64,000 bases of DNA from assembly GCA_002733715.2 (NCBI GenBank), contig NVWQ02000064.1, forward strand, positions 1,587 through 65,586, in the 5' to 3' direction. The DNA comes from Methylophaga sp. Its GTDB lineage: Bacteria > Pseudomonadota > Gammaproteobacteria > Nitrosococcales > Methylophagaceae. The notes under the pieces were generated by a model, which was not told the DNA's origin, did not search any database, and saw only the letters and a program-made list of their open reading frames with translations. A program made the translations under genes and the position numbers. Shown piece by piece: positions 8,512 through 18,357 of the stretch (positions within the stretch are counted from its first letter, which is position 1; the number at the start of each line of letters is the position of its first letter).

Positions 8512-9741
8512 CTAGTTTAACTCAGGCTGAATACGCCTCAATCTCATACCCAGAAATATCCCGCTAATTAGTAAACTGGCAGCGAACCAAAATGGCGCCT
8601 GAGTAAATATGCTGAAAAGTACTCCAGCAAAGACTGATCCTAGTGCCTGCCCCAAACTGCCGGCTGCGGTCTGTTTCCCCAATATTTTTCCATGAGATAT
8701 TTCGGAAGAGAGTGATGCTTCAAAAGCTAGAATAGGTACTAATACACCTGAACTTAATCCTATAAGTGCAACGGCTAGTAGCACTATTTCAAATCGTGAT
8801 ACTACAGGAAATATAATTAACCCCAACGCCATTAAGAGCAATGCCCCACTTATGATCTGAATAAAGGTAAATCGACGTACAAGTGCTGAGAACAGAAAAA
8901 CCTGGACAATGATCATCATTACACTACATACCATATACAAAATACCTATTTGAAAAGGGGAAAGGAGAAGTGTTTGTTGGCCTTGCAATGCTATTCCTAC
9001 TTCAAAACTACCCAGTGCAAACATGCCTAGTAGTGCTAAAATTAATAATATATTTGAAGGGTTGTTATCTTTTTTATTGTGTTTATCAATAACACTGCTT
9101 GAATTTGGCTTGATATTGTTTGGCTCATCCAATTTAATAATGAGTAGCCCCCAAACCATTAAGCCAAATAGTCCAGCGATCACAAATGGCAAAGAATTCG
9201 CATCAAAACCAGTTTTGTTCGTCCAAAAATCAAGACTACTTAGCCAGCCACCAATCACTGGCCCAATTAATATTCCGAATGTTGCAGATGCACTCATCCA
9301 AGCAAAGCGTCGCGCCCGACGTTCTTTAAAGCAGGAATCACTGATATAGGCAAGAGATACAGGTAAAACTGCAGAAGCTAAAGCGCCACCTAATGCACGC
9401 ATAAGATAAGCAAACCAAAGCTGTTGAGCAAAGCCAAACAATAGTAGGGCTAGAATACTACCACCGAGCCCTATTATAATTACAGGACGGCGACCTATAT
9501 TATCAGATAGCCTTCCCCAAATAGGTGCGCATATAAATAACATAAACATAAAGATGCCTGTCAGCATTCCGGTATGAAAGGCAACAGAAAAACCAGCGCT
9601 TCCTCCAAAACGGTTTTCCAATAAAAAAGGTAATATTGGTAAAGCTATGCCGTAGCCAATGGATATTGTAAAAACAGATACCATTAATAGCAAAAATTGC
9701 ATTTGGAATATAGGCATGACTCTGGAAAGCTTTTTTTTCAT
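8512..9741 (-). CDS. MFS transporter (DHA1/tetracycline-efflux-like)
   Basis: 409 aa with about 12 hydrophobic segments. An MFS motif-A-like GRLSDNIGRRPV sits after TM2. Confidence 0.75.
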   Translation of the reverse strand: MKKKLSRVMPIFQMQFLLLMVSVFTISIGYGIALPILPFLLENRFGGSAGFSVAFHTGMLTGIFMFMLFICAPIWGRLSDNIGRRPVIIIGLGGSILALLLFGFAQQLWFAYLMRALGGALASAVLPVSLAYISDSCFKERRARRFAWMSASATFGILIGPVIGGWLSSLDFWTNKTGFDANSLPFVIAGLFGLMVWGLLIIKLDEPNNIKPNSSSVIDKHNKKDNNPSNILLILALLGMFALGSFEVGIALQGQQTLLLSPFQIGILYMVCSVMMIIVQVFLFSALVRRFTFIQIISGALLLMALGLIIFPVVSRFEIVLLAVALIGLSSGVLVPILAFEASLSSEISHGKILGKQTAAGSLGQALGSVFAGVLFSIFTQAPFWFAASLLISGIFLGMRLRRIQPELN

Positions 9742-9831
9742 ATTGTTTTTAACATTAAATCGAAAACTGTTTTATAGGTAAATAAATTACAACTTGTTTT
9801 CATTGTCTTATGGGCAAGTTTAAAAACATGA

Positions 9832-10575
9832 TTACCAGTAATTTTCCACAGTGACCTGACCTTTTTCTTTTCGTTTATTTTTTTTAAACCCTTTTGACAA
9901 TAATATTTCAGTAGTATCTTTTACCATATTAGGATTGCCACATATCATGATCTGGGAACTTTCAGGCAAAAGTGGAATACCAGCATGTGCTTCAAGTAGT
10001 CCTTCTTCTATTGATTGAGGAATTCGCATTTGTAACGCAAACGAGGTTATAGCGCGGCTAACAAAAGGTATATATCGAAACTGTTCACCATATTCGGTTA
10101 AAAGTTTACTTATCGATTCTCTATAAGTCAGATCATCTTCATAGCGTACAGCGTGTACCAATATGATACGATCAAACCGCCGCCATGATTCTTTAGTATT
10201 TAAAATAGAAAGAAATGGGCCTATACCCGTTCCGGTAGAAAGTAACCATAAATACTTGGCTTGAGGTAGCTCAGATAACCTAAGAAAGCCAGATGCATGC
10301 CGTGAAATTAAAATTGAGTCACCCTGATCAAGCTTTACTAACTGAGTGGTTAGTAAACCACTTGGGACAAGCGTAAAATAAAACTCTAGTGGATTTTGGT
10401 GAGGTGCATTTACAAAGGAATACGGATGACTAACAAGATCACCGTCTATATCTAGTGCAAGCTTGGCAAATTGTCCTGCTTCAAATGGATCAACTTTGGC
10501 CTCGACTTGTAATGAAAACAGCTTGTCTGTCCATTTCTTTTTAGCGACTATCTTGCCATCTATAAATTTAGCCAT
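9832..10575 (-). CDS. fpr: Ferredoxin/flavodoxin-NADP+ reductase
   Basis: 247 aa, collinear with E. coli Fpr: WTDKLFSL..., AGQFAKL, YSFVN, LSTGTGIGPF, MICGNPNMV, and a C-terminal ...ENYW. Confidence 0.85.
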   Translation of the reverse strand: MAKFIDGKIVAKKKWTDKLFSLQVEAKVDPFEAGQFAKLALDIDGDLVSHPYSFVNAPHQNPLEFYFTLVPSGLLTTQLVKLDQGDSILISRHASGFLRLSELPQAKYLWLLSTGTGIGPFLSILNTKESWRRFDRIILVHAVRYEDDLTYRESISKLLTEYGEQFRYIPFVSRAITSFALQMRIPQSIEEGLLEAHAGIPLLPESSQIMICGNPNMVKDTTEILLSKGFKKNKRKEKGQVTVENYW

Positions 10576-10641
10576 GATTCATATCTCACTTCAGGTTAAA
10601 TATATAATAATAAAATAACCCTGTCGATTTAGTGACTTAAG

Positions 10642-10659
10642 CATTACAAATTTGTAATG
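10642..10659. promoter_or_regulatory. CusR/CopR-like palindromic box (copy 3), upstream of fpr
   Basis: CATTACAAA-TTTGTAATG is a perfect 18-nt palindrome 67 nt upstream of the fpr ATG. Downstream on the minus strand lie TCGACA (10627-10622), 17 nt, then TATATT (10604-10599). Confidence 0.6.
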
Positions 10660-10891
10660 GGACATTTTTTTAATTAAACGTAATATCAGGAAAGCTTTAT
10701 CTATATATTAAGGAATATGAATTTAATTAAGGTGCGTTTAATAGATGCAAATACTCATTTCTAATAGCTGCTGGCTATTATTGATAAATCTGCTTTGATA
10801 TCCACTAAAACAGATGGTTGGAACAAAATATTGATAAGTTTTGTACCTATATTAACCCAGAACCTAGGTTAAATAATAATTGTCAAACGAT

Positions 10892-11794
10892 TTAAAACCA
10901 AAACCTAACCCCTGCCACTAAACGTGCTTCATTTGGATCTCCACCTGACGCTTTCGTTAAGTCTTTTGTATTGCCAAATTGTGCGGCCCATTCAACCCCT
11001 ATATAAGGTGCAAATTCACGTGCTATTTCATAACGCAGTCGAATACCTGCACTTAAATCAGAAAGCCCACTACCAAGGCCACGTTTAGGATCAGATTTAC
11101 CATATAAATTCATTTCAAAACGAGGTTGCAGTATCAATTTCTGTGTCAGTAATAATTCATATTCCGACTCAAATCGCAGTGCCGTTCGACCTGACTTACC
11201 GACATAAGCAGCAACGTCTAATTCAAACCAATAAGGCGCTAGTCCTTGCACGCCAAAAGCCAACCAGGTTCTGTCAACATCTTCACGCCCATAATCATAA
11301 CGCACACCTAATTGCGCATCCCAAAAAGTAGCAATAGCATGTCCCCACAGCAATTCAGTTCTCGCTTCTTGTAAATTGCTACTGTCAATATCACCTTCTG
11401 CTTTGAGAACAAGACGATCATAGTCTCGCCCATACCATGCCTGTAGATCATACGTTGTTGATGTATTCTTATCCGATTTCACTTGCTCTAAGCGACTAAC
11501 CAATAATGAACCAAAATTATGCTCATCCGCTAATACTGGTCGAGGAATTTCACCAAAATCATAACCATCAGAAAATGCATGTGGGTCACGAGCATTGAGG
11601 GGGGCTTTGCCGCCTTGCATTGACCTGATTCGTGCATCATTATCCATCTGGAAATCATTTTCTGCTGAAGAGGCAGTATTTTCCTCACCTTGCATATTGC
11701 CATGATCCATTTTTTCCATTTCATCAGCTATAGCCTGCGTCATATTAAGAGAAAGTAGTATTGATACTAATCCCACAATAGGTCTAATTTTCAT
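10892..11794 (-). CDS. pcoB: Copper resistance outer-membrane protein CopB/PcoB
   Basis: 300 aa with a signal peptide and a Met/His-rich N-terminus (MEKMDHGNMQGE). The C-terminal beta-barrel part ends in ...VAGVRFWF. It lies immediately downstream of the multicopper oxidase. Confidence 0.85.
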   Translation of the reverse strand: MKIRPIVGLVSILLSLNMTQAIADEMEKMDHGNMQGEENTASSAENDFQMDNDARIRSMQGGKAPLNARDPHAFSDGYDFGEIPRPVLADEHNFGSLLVSRLEQVKSDKNTSTTYDLQAWYGRDYDRLVLKAEGDIDSSNLQEARTELLWGHAIATFWDAQLGVRYDYGREDVDRTWLAFGVQGLAPYWFELDVAAYVGKSGRTALRFESEYELLLTQKLILQPRFEMNLYGKSDPKRGLGSGLSDLSAGIRLRYEIAREFAPYIGVEWAAQFGNTKDLTKASGGDPNEARLVAGVRFWF

Positions 11795-11805
11795 TATGGT
11801 TCTCC

Positions 11806-13556
11806 TTACGCCACTACAACTTCACGAAACATTCCCGCATCCATGTGATAGAGCAAATGGCAATGCCATGCCCATCGACCTAATGCATCAGCCGTGACTA
11901 AAAAGCTAATACGTTGAGCAGGTTGCACACTAATGGTATGTCGTCGTGTCTGAAAATCTCCTCCAGGCGACAGTACTTCACTCCACAAGCCATGTAAATG
12001 CATGGGATGCGTCATCATAGTGTCATTATGTAAAATGACACGGACTCGTTCATTATGTTTAAAATGAATGGGGGTTGATTGTCCAAACTCCAATCCATCA
12101 AGTGACCATGTATAGCGTTCCATATTCCCTGTAAGATGGAGTTCTAGCTCACGTTCCCCATCTCGCTGGTCAATTGGGCCCCCTATTGTATGTAGATCAG
12201 CATACGTTAATACCTTACGGCCATTATTACGTAAACCGATGCCAGGATCATCAAGATTAGTGCGCGGTGTATCAACACGCATATCTACACTGGGACCATA
12301 TTCGGTTTTGGCATGATTTACTTTCACTGTTGGCATCCTATTCATGCCTTTCATATTGTGACCATTATGCTGCATGCCTTGCATGTCCATGCCATCATGC
12401 ATCATCGCACCCATCATATCAGCCATTGTGAGCCACTCTGCGGGGTCTATTTCTGGCACTTCAGCTTTCAATTCAAGATTCGGTGTTAATGTACCTCGTG
12501 CATAACCTGTTCGTCCTAGTGTTTGAGCAAAGATGGTGTAAGCACGATCATCTTTCGGTTCCACAATCACGTCATAGGTTTCACCCGGACCAAATCGAAA
12601 TTCATCAACCGTTACAGGTTCAACATCTTGACCATCGACTTGCACAACGGTCATTTTTAATCCCGGAATACGTACATCAAAATAGGTTTGGGTACCACTA
12701 CTAATAAAGCGTAACCGTATACATTCACCTCGTTTAAATAAACCTGTCCAGTTGCCTGCTGGTGTGGTGCCATTCATAAGGTAGGTGTAGGTTGCGGCTG
12801 ATAAATCAGCGAGATCGGTGGGGCTCATCCTCGCCCGATTCCACATGCGACGTTTGCTCAGAGCCTTTTCTAAGCCCATATCAGATGCATCTTTAAAGAA
12901 ATCTATCGCTGTAGGCTGATTATAATTATAGTAATCGCTTTGCTTTTTTAATTTTGCAAATACATCCATCGGATCTTTGTCTGTCCAGTCGGATAACTGA
13001 ACCACGTAATCACGATCTGCTTTAATTCGATCACTTTCAGCCGGTTCTATAATATGGCACCATACATGCCTGTTTGTTCTTGAAAGCCAGAATGTGAGTG
13101 ATACCAATAGGTACCTGCTTGCTGCACTTTGAATTGATAAACAAATGTTTCACCTGGTGCAATACCTGCGAAACTCACTCCTGGCACACCATCCATTTGG
13201 TATGGCAACAAAATTCCATGCCAATGAAGAGAGGTATGAACGGATAAGCGATTAGTGACTTTGATGGTAACCGTATCACCTTCACGCCAACGTAAAGTAG
13301 GTGCGGGAATAGATCCATTTACAGTCGTTGCCATCCGTGGTTTTCCGGTAAAATTAACCATCGTTTCAGCAATAGTTAATTCAAATGCTGTACCTGTCAA
13401 TACCGGTGCCCCCCCTGTTTCTGTCTCAGCTATTTGTGCTGACAGTGCGGGGTTCAACCACGAAGACAGTCCAAGTATAGTGCCACCGGCAACTAGACCC
13501 TGTACAAATTGTCTTCGTGAACTTGATGTTAATATGGGCTGCTTATATTTTTCCAT
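11806..13556 (-). pseudogene. pcoA: CopA/PcoA multicopper oxidase interrupted by a 1-nt frameshift
   Basis: The N-terminal ORF 13047..13556 has a Tat signal (SSRRQFVQGL) and HWHG/WYHSHSG copper sites, and ends ...YGAIL*. The C-terminal ORF 11806..13107 resumes at HIIEPAE. It carries a Met-rich loop (MADMMGAMMHDGMDMQGMQHNGHNMKGM) and the HPMHLHG and HCHLLYHMDAGM copper sites. Restoring one base near 13053-13055 gives the family-typical YGAIIIEPAE. Confidence 0.85.
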
Positions 13557-13630
13557 TACTAATTGTCCTGAATATTCTCTTGTTTGTGATAATCATATGC
13601 ATAGTATGAGTTCACTATGTCGTCAGAATG

Positions 13631-13657
13631 ATTACAAACTCATGACTTTTTTGTAAT
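13631..13657. promoter_or_regulatory. Degenerate CusR/CopR-like site upstream of pcoA
   Basis: ATTACAA-N13-TTGTAAT, within which ATGACTT-TT-TTGTAAT (13642-13657) has a good right half-site and a weak left half-site. It lies 75-100 nt upstream of the pcoA start at 13556. Confidence 0.3.
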
Positions 13658-13702
13658 CAAATCTTGATTCTATACCTGTTATCATTCTTGGATTCAACTG
13701 AA

Positions 13703-16700
13703 TCAAGTGATCTTTTTGATCGAATGTTTTCTCCAAGCAAAATAAACAACAGGCAACACCAATAAGGTCATAATAAGTGCCGAAATCATACCGCCCACCA
13801 TGGGTGCGGCAATACGACTCATCACTTCAGATCCCGTTCCAGTACCATACATTACAGGCAATAAACCGACAATAATTGCTGCTGCGGTCATCATAACGGG
13901 CCTAACTCGCATGCCTGCACCATCCATTATGGCTTGGCGTAAAACTTCTACTGTTGGCTTAATGCCTTGTTGTTCACAGTCACTACGCATTCGTTCATAA
14001 GCTTGATTTAAATATATCAACATGATGACACTGATTTCAACTGCAACTCCGGCTAAAGCAATAAAGCCAACACCAACAGCGACAGAAAATTTAAAATCAA
14101 GAAATACCATTAATTGGATACTCCCTACCATTGCAAACGGTAGCGTCCCCATAATAATAGCGACCTCTGCAACACGTCGAAAGTTAATGTAAAGTAAAAT
14201 AATTATTATCGCTAAGGTAATTGGAATCACATAGGTCAGCTTTTCTTTGGCACGTTGCATATATTCATACTGCCCTGACCAAATTAAAGAATATCCTGCT
14301 GGTAGCTCTATTTGTTCTTTCACCACTTTTTGTGCATCTACCACATACGTACCGACATCTACATTTTCTATATCTATGTAAGTCCAGCCATTAAGTCGTG
14401 CATTTTCACTCTTAATTGCCGGTGGACCATCTTCAATATAAATGTCTGCTACATCACCCAAGGCTATACGTTCATTTTTTGAGGTTATTATCGGTAACAA
14501 TGCCATTTGTTCAGGCGAGTTTCGATAATCTTGTGGATAACGAATATTGATTGGGTAACGCTCTAAACCTTCAACCGATTGAGAGACATTTATACCACCC
14601 ACTGCTGTGGCTATTACCTGTTGTATGTCCGCAATATTAAGACCGTAACGTGCTGCCTTTGCACGTTGAATATCGATTTTAATATAACGCCCCCCCGCAA
14701 CACGCTCTGAATAAACAGATGCCGTGCCTGGAACATCCTTAATGATTGTTTCTAATTGCTGGCCTATTTGTTGAATAACCTGCAGATCTGGACCAGCTAC
14801 TTTTATTCCCACAGGGGTCTTGATACCCGTTGCTAGCATATCGATACGTGTTTTTATCGGCATAACCCATGCATTGGTTACACCAGGGAACTTAATCAAA
14901 CTATCTAATTCTTTTTTGAGTTTCTCCGTGGTCATGCCCTCGCGCCATTCTGAATGAGGTTTGAGCTGAATAAACGTTTCTATCATGGTCAAAGGTGCTG
15001 GATCGGTTGCCGTTTCAGCTCGTCCCACCTTACCAAAGACAGTTTTCACTTCCGGTATTGTACGAATTAATTTATCTGTTTGTTGCAGTAATTGACGTGC
15101 TTGACCAATAGATATACCAGGATAGGTTGTAGGCATATACATTAAATCACCCTCATCTAAAGGCGGAATAAATTCACTACCAATATTTTTTGCAGGCATA
15201 AAACCTATTACAGCAATCACTATTGCAATCACTATAGTGAGTAACGGAAGCTTTAACACCCCTTTTAATGCTGGCATATACATCCATGTTAACAAGCGAT
15301 TAACCGGGTTTTTATGTTCAGGAAGAATCTTGCCACGCACAAAATAACCCATTAATACCGGCACCAAGGTAATCGCAAGAAAAGCCGATGCCGCCATTGC
15401 ATAGGTTTTGGTAAATGCTAACGGTGCAAACATTCGTCCTTCTTGTGCCTCTAATGTAAATACAGGGACAAAGCTAATAGTAATAATCAACAGACTAAAA
15501 AAGAGCGCAGGACCCACTTCGGTCGCTGAGTCAATAACAATTTGCCAGCGATTTTCCTTGGTCAATGGCGTACGTTCTATGTGCTTGTGCATATTTTCAA
15601 TCATCACAATAGCACCGTCAATCATAGCACCGATGGCTATGGCGATACCTCCTAATGACATAATGTTGGCGTTAATACCTTGGGCATGCATAATAATAAA
15701 TGCAGCCAATATACCCACTGGTAAACTGACAATGGCCACTAATGATGAGCGAATATGGAAAAGAAAAATCATGCAGACGAATGCCACAACAATAAATTCT
15801 TCTAATAATTTGTGTCCTAGGTTTTCAACCGCACGTTCAATCAAAGCGCTGCGATCATACACCGTTACAATTTCAACGCCTTCGGGCAAACCTGCTTTTA
15901 ATTCTTCCAATTTTGCTTTTATGCCATTAATGGTGGTTTGAGCATTTTCACCAAAACGCATAATCACAATGCCACCCACCGTTTCACCTTCGCCGTTTAA
16001 TTCAGCAATACCTCGGCGCATTTGTGGACCGGTACTAATCTCTGCCACATCTTTTAGCAGTAAGGGCGTGCCATTATTATTTACGCCTAGAGGTATATTG
16101 TTAAGATCATCAATACCTTTTATATAACCCGTCGCACGCACCATATATTCCGCTTCAGCCATTTCAACTACAGAAGCGCCAATTTCCTGATTACCTCGCT
16201 GAATAGCCACCTGGATTTGAGTCAGTGGAATACCATAAGCACGCAATTTATCTGGGTCAACCTGTACCTGATACTGCTTAACCATACCACCTATTGCAGA
16301 AACTTCAGATACACCAGACACAGTTTGTAACTCATATTTTAAGAACCAATCTTGAATACTGCGAAGCTGGCTAATATCATTTTGACCTGTTTTATCTACT
16401 AGTGCATAGATATAGACCCAACCCACACCCGTTGCATCAGGCCCTAACTGAGGTTTTGCGGTAGGTGGTAAATTGGGTGCAACCTGACTTAAGTATTCAA
16501 GCACCCGGCTTCTAGCCCAATATAAATCTGTTTTTTCATCAAATATTATATAAACGTAAGAATCGCCAAAGAAAGAATAACCACGCACTGTCACTGCACC
16601 CGGAACAGATAACATCGCCGTTGTCAGTGGATACGTCACTTGATCCTCTACTACTTGCGGGGCTTGCCCAGGATAACTGGTTTTGATAATAACCTGCACA

Positions 16701-16831
16701 TCAGACAAATCAGGTATCGCATCCAACGGTGTGTTTTTTACCGAATAAAGACCAAGTCCAACGATAATCAATGCTGCCAGTATGACAAAAAAACGATTAT
16801 TAACTGACCAACGAATAATGCCTACAATCAT
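13703..16831 (-). CDS. cusA: Cu(I)/Ag(I) HME-RND efflux pump, inner-membrane subunit
   Basis: 1042 aa, 12-TM RND protein. The TM4 signature AIGAMIDGAIVMIEN matches the Cus type (E. coli AIGAMVDAAIVMIEN) rather than the Czc type. Confidence 0.9.
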   Translation of the reverse strand: MIVGIIRWSVNNRFFVILAALIIVGLGLYSVKNTPLDAIPDLSDVQVIIKTSYPGQAPQVVEDQVTYPLTTAMLSVPGAVTVRGYSFFGDSYVYIIFDEKTDLYWARSRVLEYLSQVAPNLPPTAKPQLGPDATGVGWVYIYALVDKTGQNDISQLRSIQDWFLKYELQTVSGVSEVSAIGGMVKQYQVQVDPDKLRAYGIPLTQIQVAIQRGNQEIGASVVEMAEAEYMVRATGYIKGIDDLNNIPLGVNNNGTPLLLKDVAEISTGPQMRRGIAELNGEGETVGGIVIMRFGENAQTTINGIKAKLEELKAGLPEGVEIVTVYDRSALIERAVENLGHKLLEEFIVVAFVCMIFLFHIRSSLVAIVSLPVGILAAFIIMHAQGINANIMSLGGIAIAIGAMIDGAIVMIENMHKHIERTPLTKENRWQIVIDSATEVGPALFFSLLIITISFVPVFTLEAQEGRMFAPLAFTKTYAMAASAFLAITLVPVLMGYFVRGKILPEHKNPVNRLLTWMYMPALKGVLKLPLLTIVIAIVIAVIGFMPAKNIGSEFIPPLDEGDLMYMPTTYPGISIGQARQLLQQTDKLIRTIPEVKTVFGKVGRAETATDPAPLTMIETFIQLKPHSEWREGMTTEKLKKELDSLIKFPGVTNAWVMPIKTRIDMLATGIKTPVGIKVAGPDLQVIQQIGQQLETIIKDVPGTASVYSERVAGGRYIKIDIQRAKAARYGLNIADIQQVIATAVGGINVSQSVEGLERYPINIRYPQDYRNSPEQMALLPIITSKNERIALGDVADIYIEDGPPAIKSENARLNGWTYIDIENVDVGTYVVDAQKVVKEQIELPAGYSLIWSGQYEYMQRAKEKLTYVIPITLAIIIILLYINFRRVAEVAIIMGTLPFAMVGSIQLMVFLDFKFSVAVGVGFIALAGVAVEISVIMLIYLNQAYERMRSDCEQQGIKPTVEVLRQAIMDGAGMRVRPVMMTAAAIIVGLLPVMYGTGTGSEVMSRIAAPMVGGMISALIMTLLVLPVVYFAWRKHSIKKIT

Positions 16832-18354
16832 TATTTAGCCCCTTGTTCACTATCTTTAAGCTGGATATCTGTTATCACAAAATTGCCATTATCAATCGTA
16901 AATACAAAATGAATTTTTGTTCCTTTTTCTAAATCAGCAATATCGACTTTTTTATCGACAATAAAATCCACTGTCGCCGAGGCCCTATTCCATTTTGCAA
17001 TAGGACCTCGGCTAATATTAATCATCCTATGATCTACCATTATAGAATTTATTACGCCATCCACTTCCGCTGACATATCTTTGTTTTGCTCATCCTTTAT
17101 ATCCATCCCATCCATATCCATTCCATGGTTTAGTCGTCTAAAGTCAGACGTTTTACTTGACTCTGAATCAATCAAGAACTGTGCTGAAGTGACTACTTTT
17201 TCACCCTCACTCACACCTTCTATTATTTCAATATTATTATCATCTGAGCGACCAATTTTTACTTGTACAGCTTTAAATGCACCTTCTCCTAACGCCAATA
17301 CGACCCTATCCATATCACCTGTTCTAATCACCGCTTCACGAGGCAATAATAAAACGGGTTGCGCTTTATCAGCATGAATGGTAATTTGAGTAAACATATT
17401 GGGCATTAATGCCCGATCTTTATTCGAGAAACGTAAGCGCACTCGCAAAGTACGCGTTGAAGCTTCTAGTGTAGGGTAGATGTAATCCACCTTACCTTGC
17501 CACTCTCTACCCGGAATATAATCTAGCGTCATAGTTACAGGTAGCCCTACCTTTACTTGTCCTGCTTGGCGTTCAAAAATCTCAGCTTGAACCCAAACCT
17601 CATCCAATACCCCAATAGACAGCATGGTTGTATCAGGTTTTACAAAAAAACCTTCACGAATATTGAGCATGGCTATCACACCTGATCGCGGTGCGTAAAA
17701 AGTCACTGACTGTTTAACTTTTCGATTCTTCTTCAAGTTACGAATAAAACCAGAAGATATTGCTAGTGATTTTAATCGCGCTTCTGCTGCCTTAATTAAC
17801 CGCTCATTTTTTCTTTGTAAAGCAATAAGATACTCTTCTTGTGCATTTACTAGGTTAGGTGAATACAGTGTATATAATGGCTGGCCGCGTTTTACAGGAT
17901 CGCCTGATGCCTTAACATATAGTTTTTCTACCCAACCCTCCACGCGAGGATGAACATGAATTAATTGATCTTCATCATATTGAACATAGCCCACGGTTCT
18001 AATGCCGGTATGCAATGCCTTACGTACCACAGACGTCGTACGTACTCCTAAATTATTGATAATATCTGGAGAAATTCTGATTGTGCCAGGACCTTCATCA
18101 GGCCCATTTGAGTTATCTGCATAGACGGGGATTAAATCCATTCCCATTGGTGACTTTCCAGGATTATCGCTTTTAAAGTTAGGATCCATTGGTGCAACCC
18201 AATACAGTGGCTTCTCCTCATCTGCCTGCATATTATCTGCCTCCATTTCCGTCGACACTATCGTTGATAATAAATCAGGTTTGATATATTTAATCGTAGC
18301 GATGCCAATAGTGGCACCAATCACAAGCAATAAGAGGCTTTTTAATACTTTCAT
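16831..18354 (-). CDS. cusB: Cus-type periplasmic adaptor with a C-terminal CusF-like domain
   Basis: 507 aa. The N-terminal metal motif is YWVAPMDPNFKSDNPGKSPMGMDLIPVY, followed by lipoyl/beta-barrel MFP domains. The last ~75 aa are collinear with CusF. A 1-nt overlap joins it to cusA. Confidence 0.85.
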   Translation of the reverse strand: MKVLKSLLLLVIGATIGIATIKYIKPDLLSTIVSTEMEADNMQADEEKPLYWVAPMDPNFKSDNPGKSPMGMDLIPVYADNSNGPDEGPGTIRISPDIINNLGVRTTSVVRKALHTGIRTVGYVQYDEDQLIHVHPRVEGWVEKLYVKASGDPVKRGQPLYTLYSPNLVNAQEEYLIALQRKNERLIKAAEARLKSLAISSGFIRNLKKNRKVKQSVTFYAPRSGVIAMLNIREGFFVKPDTTMLSIGVLDEVWVQAEIFERQAGQVKVGLPVTMTLDYIPGREWQGKVDYIYPTLEASTRTLRVRLRFSNKDRALMPNMFTQITIHADKAQPVLLLPREAVIRTGDMDRVVLALGEGAFKAVQVKIGRSDDNNIEIIEGVSEGEKVVTSAQFLIDSESSKTSDFRRLNHGMDMDGMDIKDEQNKDMSAEVDGVINSIMVDHRMINISRGPIAKWNRASATVDFIVDKKVDIADLEKGTKIHFVFTIDNGNFVITDIQLKDSEQGAK

Positions 18355-18357
18355 TCT

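Noticed and set aside
9786-9801. ATTACAA-CT-TGTTTTC upstream of the MFS gene as a fifth copper box
   Set aside because: Only the left half-site matches, and both the right half and the conserved flank are missing.
13047-13107. Programmed ribosomal frameshift in pcoA (and at 32555 in the ATPase)
   Set aside because: There is no slippery heptamer or downstream structure at either site. Both are simple one-base losses in dinucleotide runs, so mutation or assembly error is the simpler explanation.
13655-13669. AATCAA-ATC-TTGATT palindrome considered as an FNR site
   Set aside because: The half-sites are in the reverse order relative to TTGAT-N4-ATCAA and the spacer is 3 nt. It may just be part of the degenerate pcoA control region.
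15408-15941. 177-aa plus-strand ORF
   Set aside because: It lies antisense within cusA and is a hydrophobic mirror-frame artefact. The same applies to 13800..14000, 17081..17377, 54819..55295, 59642..60115, 49184..49561 and 63498..63908 within their host genes.
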